A DNA stretch of 61,382 nucleotides from Patescibacteria group bacterium (GCA_040388415.1 JAZKBV010000002.1:1-61382); one strand, 5' to 3'; counted from the stretch's first letter, positions 36,370 through 43,854 are shown. The notes: a model not told the origin generated them from the letters alone. A program made the numbers and translations.

Positions 36370-37017
36370 CTACTTAATTCCCAAATATTGCTTCATCTGG
36401 ACAAGAAAATCTCTCTTCACTATCTCAAGTGGCCGATTTGAGTCAACAATGATATATGGTGTGCCCAATTCCTTAACTTTTTCAAAAAATTTCAGATACC
36501 CTTTGCGGACATTCTGATGGAAGGTGATTTCCCTATCATCGAAATGATCGTACTGCGTGCCGATATCGAGAGATTGATTGCGACCATGAGCGCGACGGAG
36601 ACCTTCTTCTGGATCAACGTCAACAAAAACATAGAGATCAGGAGTGACCATAAGCTTGGCTCTCATGCTCCAAAAGAGGTCTTCGAGAAGGCTCGACTGA
36701 CTCGATATCTGATATGCATATGATGAGGCATCAAAACGATCTGCAATGACAGGCACGCCTTTTTTAAGACTTGGAATAATGACATTTGCTACGTTATCAA
36801 AACGCGCCGCGAACATGAGGCAGAGCGTCGTCTCAGGAGGCGCATCTTTTGCGAGAGGGTTCTTTATCGCCGCAGTGCGGATGAGCTCGGCATATGGCGA
36901 TCCACCTGGCTCACGAGTCAGCGTAATGTTATCGCCCAATGTTTCCTTGAGCACCCGGACCAGGGTCGATTTTCCTGAACCTTCCCCTCCTTCTATGACG
37001 ATAAATTGTGGTTTCAT
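36370..37017 (-). CDS. tmk: thymidylate kinase
   Basis: 215 aa with FIVIEGGEGSGKST (P-loop), TREPGGSPYAELIR and DRFDASSYAYQ. Confidence 0.92.
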   Translation of the reverse strand: MKPQFIVIEGGEGSGKSTLVRVLKETLGDNITLTREPGGSPYAELIRTAAIKNPLAKDAPPETTLCLMFAARFDNVANVIIPSLKKGVPVIADRFDASSYAYQISSQSSLLEDLFWSMRAKLMVTPDLYVFVDVDPEEGLRRAHGRNQSLDIGTQYDHFDDREITFHQNVRKGYLKFFEKVKELGTPYIIVDSNRPLEIVKRDFLVQMKQYLGIK

Positions 37018-37032
37018 GTCTGTAGTAAAAAA

Positions 37033-37521
37033 TTATCTCTTGAACTGCCCTGTTGCTCCATCAACCAAGTACACATCCCTGATACCTGCAGCAATCATGG
37101 AGTCCCAGCATGGCTTACAGCACCACCAGTGTCCATACAAATAGAGGTCTGTGCCCTGCGCTGATTGACCAATCTTTTTCTGCTGTGCAACAGCATCTTT
37201 TGCTGCACGCGCTTCTGCGTGATGCTTATTTTTTGAACAACCGGGGCACATCCAATACTTTTGACCAGAAGGTATTTTCAGTAAACGACGCACGCACCAC
37301 CCTTTTTTGTGCAAAGCAATGAGTTTTTTATTTTTAAGCGCAGATTGATTTGCACCGCGACCGATAATCTTTTCATTCAAAACCACCACTGCCCCCGTTG
37401 GATGCCCCTCATCGGTCGACTGAGTATTACGAACCTGCTTTGCTTGATCCATAAATACATTCGACTCAGGAACATATTTTATAGTTCTTCCTTCAGGCAG
37501 ATAGGGGTAGTGTTCATTCAT
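37033..37521 (-). CDS. dCMP/cytidine deaminase-family protein (ComEB-like)
   Basis: Start set at MNEHYPYLP (ATG 37521). The zinc motifs HHAE ... CCKPC (HAE/PCxxC) and an extra CPGC pair are present. The longer track ORF (to 37764) runs antisense into the divergent gene. Confidence 0.8.
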   Translation of the reverse strand: MNEHYPYLPEGRTIKYVPESNVFMDQAKQVRNTQSTDEGHPTGAVVVLNEKIIGRGANQSALKNKKLIALHKKGWCVRRLLKIPSGQKYWMCPGCSKNKHHAEARAAKDAVAQQKKIGQSAQGTDLYLYGHWWCCKPCWDSMIAAGIRDVYLVDGATGQFKR

Positions 37522-37527
37522 CCCTCG

Positions 37528-37539
37528 ATTATATATAAT
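37528..37539. promoter_or_regulatory. back-to-back -10 boxes in the 27-bp divergent intergenic region (ATTATATATAAT)
   Basis: The minus-strand TATAAT (37528-33) is 6 nt from ATG 37521. The plus-strand TATAAT (37534-39) is 9 nt from ATG 37549. Confidence 0.45.
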
Positions 37540-37548
37540 AAATCCATT

Positions 37549-38409
37549 ATGACCAAATTCGATGAAATATATCAGGACATGATCCGCAAGATTATGGAAG
37601 AAGGTGAAGAAGAAATGAACAAGAGTAAACAAGCCGGCAGTGAACGTGCGACCTATATGACCAAAGCTATCCCTGGTATGCATTTTTCTATAGACATCGA
37701 GAAGGACGGCTTCCCTCTCCTCACTCTTCGTAAAATTCCAATAAAGGTCTTCGTCTCTGAACAAGCATGGTTCATTATGGGCTCACGTAAACCAGATGAT
37801 TTCCTCCGCGAATACACAAAGATCTGGGATGCCTTCACCAACCCTGGCGACGTCGTCACTGTCGCCTATGGCTACCGCTGGCGCAAGCATTTTGGACGCG
37901 ACCAGCTCAAACTCCTCATCGATCTCCTTCGCGCTGAGCCAGGTTCACGCCATGCAGTTGTGGTTACTTGGGACCCTGCTCAAGATGGCCTATCACTACA
38001 AAAGAAAAAGAATGTGCCATGTCCGTATACTTTTACCGTCAATATCATCGGTGGACGCCTACACCTCCACAACATCGTTCGATCAAATGACATGCTCCTT
38101 GGCGCGCCACATGATATCGCTGGCTTTGCCCTCCTCCAGTGCATACTCGCCCAGGAGCTTGGCGTCAGACCGGGCGTCTACAGTCACTCTATATCAAATG
38201 CGCACATCTATGACACGCACTATGATGCAGCGCGCGAGATTATGAAGAGAAAAAATGATCACAAGACAGTCGTGCTCACATTGCCTGAAAAAACCTTTGA
38301 AAATATAGAAAAGAGAAACTTCGATGTCGTTAAGTCTATGATCGACAACCTTGCTGGACAGTATCAACCTCTTGAAGCGATCCAAGGCATCAAGATCGTC
38401 GCCTACTAA
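37549..38409 (+). CDS. thyA: thymidylate synthase (ThyA) family enzyme with Asp at the pyrimidine-specificity position
   Basis: 286 aa from MTKFDEIYQDMI. ThyA blocks: DGFPLLTLRK, SEQAWF (Glu), YGYRWR, EPGSRH, VPCPY (Cys codon 38020-22), VRSNDMLLGAPHDIAGFALL, NAHIY. D189 (38113-15) aligns with E. coli N177. Confidence 0.85.
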   Translation: MTKFDEIYQDMIRKIMEEGEEEMNKSKQAGSERATYMTKAIPGMHFSIDIEKDGFPLLTLRKIPIKVFVSEQAWFIMGSRKPDDFLREYTKIWDAFTNPGDVVTVAYGYRWRKHFGRDQLKLLIDLLRAEPGSRHAVVVTWDPAQDGLSLQKKKNVPCPYTFTVNIIGGRLHLHNIVRSNDMLLGAPHDIAGFALLQCILAQELGVRPGVYSHSISNAHIYDTHYDAAREIMKRKNDHKTVVLTLPEKTFENIEKRNFDVVKSMIDNLAGQYQPLEAIQGIKIVAY

Positions 38410-38457
38410 TTTCTGCTCGAGTATCTTATAATTCAGAGACACTTTTAACTTACCTTC

Positions 38458-39090
38458 ATGTCCATCATCACCAAAAAAGATATCATCGACCGCATCCGCT
38501 CTGGCTCGCTCGTTTTTAAACCTAACCTGGATCAATTCCAACTCCAAGAGCATTCAGCTGATTTGCGCCTCGGCTTTACCTTCATGATCCCCAAGATGTG
38601 GCACATGACGCCAGGAGGACGCGAATCTCTCGATATCACCCACTTCGACAAGCGCAATCATGAATACTTTGAAGTCGTCGAACTCGAGCAAGGCCAACAT
38701 TTTGATCTGTTGCCACAAGAGTACATCCTCGTCTCGACTCTCGAGTCAGTCAAAATGCCTCGCGACTTGATGGGTATCCTCTATCCTCGTTCATCAACCA
38801 ACCGCAAAGGCCTTTCACTCGACCTCACCGGTATCATCGATGCGGGCTATGACGGTCAGCTCATCCTCCCGATCCGCAACAACACTCGTTCACAAGCCAT
38901 CAGACTCTTCCCTGGAGAGCGCCTCTGCCAAGTCGTCTTTGAAGAATTGAAAACAGAGGTCGAACCTCGCCAGAGCAAGTATCACCAAAAAGACATCATC
39001 GAGGGCGTACAGATGGAAAAGAAAGATGAAGTCGATCTCCTCACCAAAGGCGACATCAAGACACTCAAGGAAAAGTACAAGGTTGAGTAA
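38458..39090 (+). CDS. dcd: dCTP deaminase/dUTPase-superfamily protein (Dcd-like, catalytic Glu not conserved)
   Basis: 210 aa. MSIITKKDIIDRIRSG...ADLRLG, YPRSSTNRKGL and IIDAGYDGQLILPIRNN are colinear with E. coli Dcd (GRSSLARLGL, IDPGWSGCIVLEFYN). Pro138 (38869-71) sits where Dcd has Glu138. Confidence 0.75.
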   Translation: MSIITKKDIIDRIRSGSLVFKPNLDQFQLQEHSADLRLGFTFMIPKMWHMTPGGRESLDITHFDKRNHEYFEVVELEQGQHFDLLPQEYILVSTLESVKMPRDLMGILYPRSSTNRKGLSLDLTGIIDAGYDGQLILPIRNNTRSQAIRLFPGERLCQVVFEELKTEVEPRQSKYHQKDIIEGVQMEKKDEVDLLTKGDIKTLKEKYKVE

Positions 39091-39102
39091 TTTTACATAC
39101 TA

Positions 39103-39618
39103 ATGAAAACTTTTATCATCGCGGCAATAACAGCTGACGGGTACATCGCAAAAGATGCTCAACATTCCCCTTTCAACTGGACCAGCAAAGCTGATAAAAA
39201 GCGCTTCATTGAGATCACCAAAAAGGCAGGCGTCATCGTCGTCGGCTCAAGCACCTATAAAACATTCCCTGGAGCGCTCAAGGAACGCGTCAATATCGTC
39301 TACAGTCGCTCACAAAGCTTCGACGGAGCTGAAACGACTCAAGATGAGCCAGTGGAGCTTTTGAAGAAACTAGAGAGCCGTGGCTTCAAGGAAGTAGCTA
39401 TCTGTGGTGGCGAAGCTATCTATACGATGTTCATGAAAGCGAAAGTTGTCGATCGTCTCTATCTCACCGTTGAACCTATCATTTTTGGCAAGGGCGTGAA
39501 GCTTTTTAATGATGATATGCTGTTTCATCTCAAACTTGTCAGCGCTGCTGAGTCAGAGACTGGCGCCCTGCTCCTTGAATATGCGGTAGATTATTCAGGG
39601 AATCCAAAAATACACTAA
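39103..39618 (+). CDS. dihydrofolate reductase-like protein (DHFR/RibD C-terminal family)
   Basis: 171 aa with FIIAAITADGYIA...FNWTSKADKKRFIEITKKAGVIVVGSSTYKTFPG...ICGGEAIY. Confidence 0.7.
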   Translation: MKTFIIAAITADGYIAKDAQHSPFNWTSKADKKRFIEITKKAGVIVVGSSTYKTFPGALKERVNIVYSRSQSFDGAETTQDEPVELLKKLESRGFKEVAICGGEAIYTMFMKAKVVDRLYLTVEPIIFGKGVKLFNDDMLFHLKLVSAAESETGALLLEYAVDYSGNPKIH

Positions 39619-39691
39619 TTGGGTACTAGGATTGACTTCCTTTTCAATTGATATAGTCTAGGAAACAGACAAATCAACAAAAGGACATTAA

Positions 39692-40369
39692 ATGAAAAAT
39701 GACAGTATACTGAACCCGACGTTTAGCGTCTGGCGCAGACTCCAACAGGGACAAGAAAAAATTCATCGTTTCGGGCAGCACTTAGCGAACCCGGAGACCG
39801 GCCACTTGCTCAGACTACAAAATGGTCATGAGCACTGTTGTTCAGTCGGATTTTTGGCGCGTTATTATCTGATCAAGATACGCCAATACATCGGGCTCGA
39901 CGAGGCATTGATTATGAACTGCTTTCGAATCCACGATATCCCCGAAGGGATACTCCTTATCGACGTCGCGGCGCATTTGAAAGTTGATAACGACGACCTG
40001 AATGAATATCTTGCCTTTGAAAAGCTCATGAAGCCACTGGGCGCAGATGTGTGGGCAGAGGAACAACGGGCATTCTTGCTTCAATTCTGCCTTAGCAACC
40101 CCACCTGCTTCCCTACCGATGCACGAATTGTCATGTCGAAGCTCTTGAAAAGCCACGGCCTGGAAGCCTTATTCTTTGACGGACTTCAACGCTTTGACTA
40201 TCTTTACTATGCCTATGAGGCACTCATTGAAAAAGAAGTGCCGAGCGTTCTGGCCCAAGTTGCGTTCCACCAGATACCGCACCTAGACCGTGTTGCGTCC
40301 AAGCTTCCTGGTTTTCATGAAGCAGTTTGGACCGACGAAAAAAGGGCGTTCTTCAAGAAGTTTTGCTAA
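39692..40369 (+). CDS. HD-domain phosphohydrolase (divergent YfbR-like nucleotidase)
   Basis: 225 aa with NGHEHCCSV ... FRIHDIPEG (H..HD pattern). Own promoter (TGATATAGT) and an AAGGA SD 8 nt upstream. More G+C-rich than its neighbours by eye. Confidence 0.65.
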   Translation: MKNDSILNPTFSVWRRLQQGQEKIHRFGQHLANPETGHLLRLQNGHEHCCSVGFLARYYLIKIRQYIGLDEALIMNCFRIHDIPEGILLIDVAAHLKVDNDDLNEYLAFEKLMKPLGADVWAEEQRAFLLQFCLSNPTCFPTDARIVMSKLLKSHGLEALFFDGLQRFDYLYYAYEALIEKEVPSVLAQVAFHQIPHLDRVASKLPGFHEAVWTDEKRAFFKKFC

Positions 40370-40380
40370 AACGCTAGTCA

Positions 40381-40421
40381 CAAAAAACACCGAGGCATTA
40401 CTGCCACGGTGTTTTCTTTTT
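40381..40421. terminator. bidirectional intrinsic terminator between the HD gene (+) and rplK (-)
   Basis: AACACCG...CGGTGTT stem with an A-run 5' and a T-run 3'. Confidence 0.8.
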
Positions 40422-40430
40422 ATCTGAGAT

Positions 40431-40853
40431 TTATTTCACATCCACTCCCATCTGACGTGCCGTACCAGCAACCGTCTTCATAGCAGCTTCGATAGAGTCA
40501 GCACTGAGGTCTGGCATCTTCTTCTCTGCAATCTCCTTGAGCTGAGCCTTGGTAAGTGTACCAACCTTAGAAGTGTTTGGCTTACCTGAACCCTTATCCT
40601 TCTTGAGAGCCTTCAAGATCAAACTTGAAGTAGGAGGAGTCTTGAGGATGAAATCATAGGTACGGTCTTCGTACACAGTGATAACGACTGGGATCATGTC
40701 GCCCATCATGCCTTTTGTAGCATCGTTGAACTTCTTTGTGAAATCACCAATGTTAACACCGGCCTGACCGAGAGTAGGACCGAGCGGTGGAGCTGGGGTT
40801 GCTTTGCCAGCAGGAGCGATAACCTTTACTTTCTTAACAATTTTCTTTGCCAT
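40431..40853 (-). CDS. rplK: 50S ribosomal protein L11
   Basis: 140 aa with [30 protein letters not shown]. Confidence 0.97.
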   Translation of the reverse strand: MAKKIVKKVKVIAPAGKATPAPPLGPTLGQAGVNIGDFTKKFNDATKGMMGDMIPVVITVYEDRTYDFILKTPPTSSLILKALKKDKGSGKPNTSKVGTLTKAQLKEIAEKKMPDLSADSIEAAMKTVAGTARQMGVDVK

Positions 40854-40970
40854 GGTATTAGTTTCAGTATCCTATAATAATTTACATTAATAATCAATAA
40901 CCAAGATACAATAATCAAAATCCAGAAGCTCGAGTTTGGTTATTGTTCCTTGGTTATTGGAACTTCCTTA

Positions 40971-41516
40971 CTACACTTTCTTTACCTGCAAAAAGTCCAA
41001 TTCTACTGGTGTCTCACGACCGAACATCGATACGAGCACCTTGATCTTGCCGCGCTGTGTATCAACCTCAGCAACCTTGCCTTCAAAGTCCTTGAAAGGA
41101 CCGTCTGACACCTTCACAAGATCGCCTATCGAGAGGTCGATCGTGTGTTCTGTGTCACTTGATGACATACGGCTAAAGAGAGATGCTACTTCCTTTGGAT
41201 CGAGAGGAACTGGGTTGACGCCTGAGCCAACAAAGCCAGTCACGCGAGGAGTGTTGCGGACGACGTACCATGAATCGTCATTGACGATCATCTCAACGAG
41301 AACATATCCCGGGTAAATCTTCTCTTCCTCTTCAACGCGCTTGTTCGCCTTAACCTTAATCTTTTTTTCTGTAGGAACGATAACAGCAAAGATCTTGTCC
41401 TCCATATTGAGAGACTCGATGCGCTGTTTTAAGTTGCGAGCGACCGCGTTCTCATAGCCTGCGTACGTGTGTATCGCATACCATGCACGCTCCCCTGTTG
41501 TAAGTTGTTTCGACAT
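40971..41516 (-). CDS. nusG: transcription termination/antitermination factor NusG
   Basis: 181 aa with WYAIHTYAGYENAV (NGN domain) and KOW GDLVKVSDGPFKDFEGKVAEVD. Confidence 0.95.
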   Translation of the reverse strand: MSKQLTTGERAWYAIHTYAGYENAVARNLKQRIESLNMEDKIFAVIVPTEKKIKVKANKRVEEEEKIYPGYVLVEMIVNDDSWYVVRNTPRVTGFVGSGVNPVPLDPKEVASLFSRMSSSDTEHTIDLSIGDLVKVSDGPFKDFEGKVAEVDTQRGKIKVLVSMFGRETPVELDFLQVKKV

Positions 41517-41540
41517 AAGTAAATAAAAATTAAAAAATAA

Positions 41541-41717
41541 TTAGAAAAGGAGTGTGAGAAGCTTTGAGAAGACGAAATCAGCGACACCAAGAATGATAGC
41601 GGTGATAGCTGAAACAGCTATGACAAGAGACGTAAATCTGATCGTCTGCGCACGGCTTGGCCATGTAACATGGGTCAATTCGCTGCGGGTGCTCTTGATA
41701 TATTCGGTGATTTTCAT
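41541..41717 (-). CDS. secE: preprotein translocase subunit SecE
   Basis: Hand translation (58 aa) MKITEYIKSTRSELTHVTWPSRAQTIRFTSLVIAVSAITAIILGVADFVFSKLLTLLF. Canonical position upstream of nusG. Below the ORF-track cutoff. Confidence 0.85.
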   Translation of the reverse strand: MKITEYIKSTRSELTHVTWPSRAQTIRFTSLVIAVSAITAIILGVADFVFSKLLTLLF

Positions 41718-41777
41718 GGCGTAGTATGATTAAATCGATTCTTCTACTAAAAAACCCCTCGGAGGGATTACTCGACT

Positions 41778-41806
41778 ATAGTATACCGCTGAAATGATAA
41801 TGTCAA
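41778..41806 (-). promoter_or_regulatory. sigma70-like promoter for secE-nusG-rplK
   Basis: Minus strand: TTGACA (41801-06), 17 nt spacer, TACTAT (41778-83). Confidence 0.5.
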
Positions 41807-41822
41807 CCACCTCAGAGAGCTA

Positions 41823-41851
41823 TTGACAACCTACAATAATAAGTATACAAT
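41823..41851 (+). promoter_or_regulatory. sigma70-like promoter for 41943..42893
   Basis: TTGACA (41823-28), 17 nt spacer, TACAAT (41846-51), followed by a ~90-nt leader. Confidence 0.5.
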
Positions 41852-41942
41852 TTTGCTAGTTTTACGTTAGTCTCTTTGGGCGTGTCGACCGTTTCGACAT
41901 AGTGTACCCAACCAACATACCAAAGAAAACGAAAGGATCTTT

Positions 41943-42893
41943 GTGAAAACAATACTTAGTGAAAATGACAGTAAAAAAAAGGTGAGGACGAAAATCAAAG
42001 CGAAAAAAACAACCCCTACTAAGCGGAAAGCCCCACGGGCTCGCCCGAAGAAAGTGGTATTGGTGACCCGACCAGACAATCCGGTCCCCGCAGTTCCCAG
42101 CTCACGGCTTATGTTAGCTCGGACAGCGCCGACGAATGGACATCGGAGCGATCTCACATTTCCTGACGATACGGCTGTTCGCCTCCCTATTGTCATCGAA
42201 GAACCGAAACCTGATCGCTACACGCCTGCACCCAGCACCATCGTCGACATCACCATTGTCGAACGCGAGAATATGCTCATCGAGTATTACACTCCTGCGC
42301 GATATGGCGCAAAGAAGACGGGGACACCCGTGCTCATCATTCACCCTGGAGATCTCCGGGGCAAATGGACAATGGACAAAGTCTGCAAGGATCTGACAGG
42401 ACGCGGATATCGATGCTGCGTGATAACGCCCAAAGGCAATCCATCCATGAGCAGACAGATCGAGGATTTCGGTCAATTCATCAAATTACTGGAACATGAT
42501 TTCATCTTGATCGGATACGGATCCGGTTCGATTGTATGCAATCAAGTCGGATGGAAACACCGCAAAAGGATCAAGGGATACTGTTCCCTTTTGGCTGCAC
42601 CGTGCAACCTGCAGTTGCAGTTAACAGCGCACATTGGGTTCAATCCTCTGTTCAAGTTGCTGTATCGCCGATTTCGTAGCATTTTTCTCTATCGGCTCCC
42701 GTGTACGCAACTCGTGATTGTAAGCAAAAAAAGCGAACACTACTCATATCAAAAGTTGACTCGCCGGAGATTGGGTGGAACCTGCTTTGCTCGCCGCGCG
42801 CATGTGACAACATTGCAAGATTTTATGAGCGACCCACGATGGCAGCTCGTGCCTAATCGAATCGCCGCATGGCTTGCAGTGAAGTTTTCATAA
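41943..42893 (+). CDS. hypothetical protein: Lys/Arg-rich N-terminal tail plus degenerate alpha/beta-hydrolase-like region
   Basis: 316 aa with a GTG start and AAAGGA SD. PVLIIHPG...GRGYRCCVITPKG...ILIGYGSGS resembles a hydrolase fold but lacks a clean GxSxG. About 53-60% G+C in the two lines counted, against roughly 40% in one typical line counted elsewhere. Confidence 0.55.
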   Translation: MKTILSENDSKKKVRTKIKAKKTTPTKRKAPRARPKKVVLVTRPDNPVPAVPSSRLMLARTAPTNGHRSDLTFPDDTAVRLPIVIEEPKPDRYTPAPSTIVDITIVERENMLIEYYTPARYGAKKTGTPVLIIHPGDLRGKWTMDKVCKDLTGRGYRCCVITPKGNPSMSRQIEDFGQFIKLLEHDFILIGYGSGSIVCNQVGWKHRKRIKGYCSLLAAPCNLQLQLTAHIGFNPLFKLLYRRFRSIFLYRLPCTQLVIVSKKSEHYSYQKLTRRRLGGTCFARRAHVTTLQDFMSDPRWQLVPNRIAAWLAVKFS

Positions 42894-42910
42894 CGTTCAC
42901 TATCAACAAA

Positions 42911-42946
42911 AACAGCCGAGAGCAATCCCGGCTGTTTATTTTTATA
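42911..42946 (+). terminator. intrinsic terminator
   Basis: ACAGCCG...CGGCTGT stem followed by TTATTTTTAT. Confidence 0.75.
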
Positions 42947-42972
42947 TTGATCTGACGAGTGACAACCTACTA

Positions 42973-43773
42973 TTACTGTATCTCGTAGGTGATAGATACT
43001 GTACTCGTGACTTTTTGTTGACCAGCAGGAACTTCTGGAGCAACTGCCTTTGCACTCATCATCGCATCGCCAGCACCATACATCATCGGACGGATATAAC
43101 CTCCATTATCCTCTGAGAAATTCACCACGCGAACGAGATGAACGCCGAGCTGGCTTGCAAGCTGATCAGCTTTTGATTTTGCGTCAGCGATAGCTTTGGC
43201 ACGAGCTTCAGCTTGGATAGCATCTGGTTTGTCGACCGAGAAACTCAAACCATTGATATTCTCGACTTGGAGCGAGCCGATAGAAGCAAAGAGTGCACCT
43301 GCTTTGTCGAGATTGCGAACCTTCACTGTGATAGTCTGACTGACATCATAGCCAGTGAGAATCGACTTGCCTGGAGGACAATATGATACGGTACCGTCTG
43401 TCTTGCCTGCAGGACAGATAGCATTTTGGTACTCATAATGCGGATTGATAGAATAGTTGGTCGTCTGAATGTCTTTGTCCTCTACTCCCCCATCGCGAAC
43501 CGCCTTCAATGCAGCAGCGATCTTGTCGGTTGCCTTGGCCTGAGCATCTGAGACAGTCTTTGAGGTTTGAGTGACGCTGAATGAGAACGTAGCTACATCG
43601 GGAACTGCATATGTGTCCCCTGTGCCAGTGACAGAGATAGTATTTGTCGCTGGGACTCCAGAACCGATATATGCGATCGATTTGAGCTGACCTATCGCAA
43701 GCGCTATTAAATAAACACTGAGTACTGTCCCTGCAAATATACCCACTTGCCACGCTCTTTTTTGTAGATTCAT
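42973..43773 (-). CDS. SIMPL/DUF541-family secreted protein
   Basis: 266 aa with an N-terminal TM/signal. ISVTGTGDTYAVPDVATFSFSV...IQTTNYSINPHYEY is typical of DUF541. Confidence 0.8.
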   Translation of the reverse strand: MNLQKRAWQVGIFAGTVLSVYLIALAIGQLKSIAYIGSGVPATNTISVTGTGDTYAVPDVATFSFSVTQTSKTVSDAQAKATDKIAAALKAVRDGGVEDKDIQTTNYSINPHYEYQNAICPAGKTDGTVSYCPPGKSILTGYDVSQTITVKVRNLDKAGALFASIGSLQVENINGLSFSVDKPDAIQAEARAKAIADAKSKADQLASQLGVHLVRVVNFSEDNGGYIRPMMYGAGDAMMSAKAVAPEVPAGQQKVTSTVSITYEIQ

Positions 43774-43854
43774 AGTATTAAATATATTAAATAAATAAAA
43801 TAACCCTAATAAAAGTGTCTTTTAATAGTAGCATATCTTAGACGCATTCAAGAC

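Noticed and set aside
37309-37764. N-terminal extensions of track ORFs: ThyA from 37309, deaminase to 37764, rlmH to 49034, the PduO-type gene to 54335, typA to 57557, rluA to 58788, the lipase gene to 6537.
   Set aside because: The extensions run through the divergent or upstream gene or promoter boxes. Family-typical N-termini begin at internal ATGs, several with the -10 plus 6 nt pattern.
41867-42196. 109-aa minus-strand ORF upstream of secE.
   Set aside because: It overlaps the plus-strand gene 41943..42893 and its leader. It has an Arg/Gly/Phe-rich shadow-like composition and no promoter or SD.
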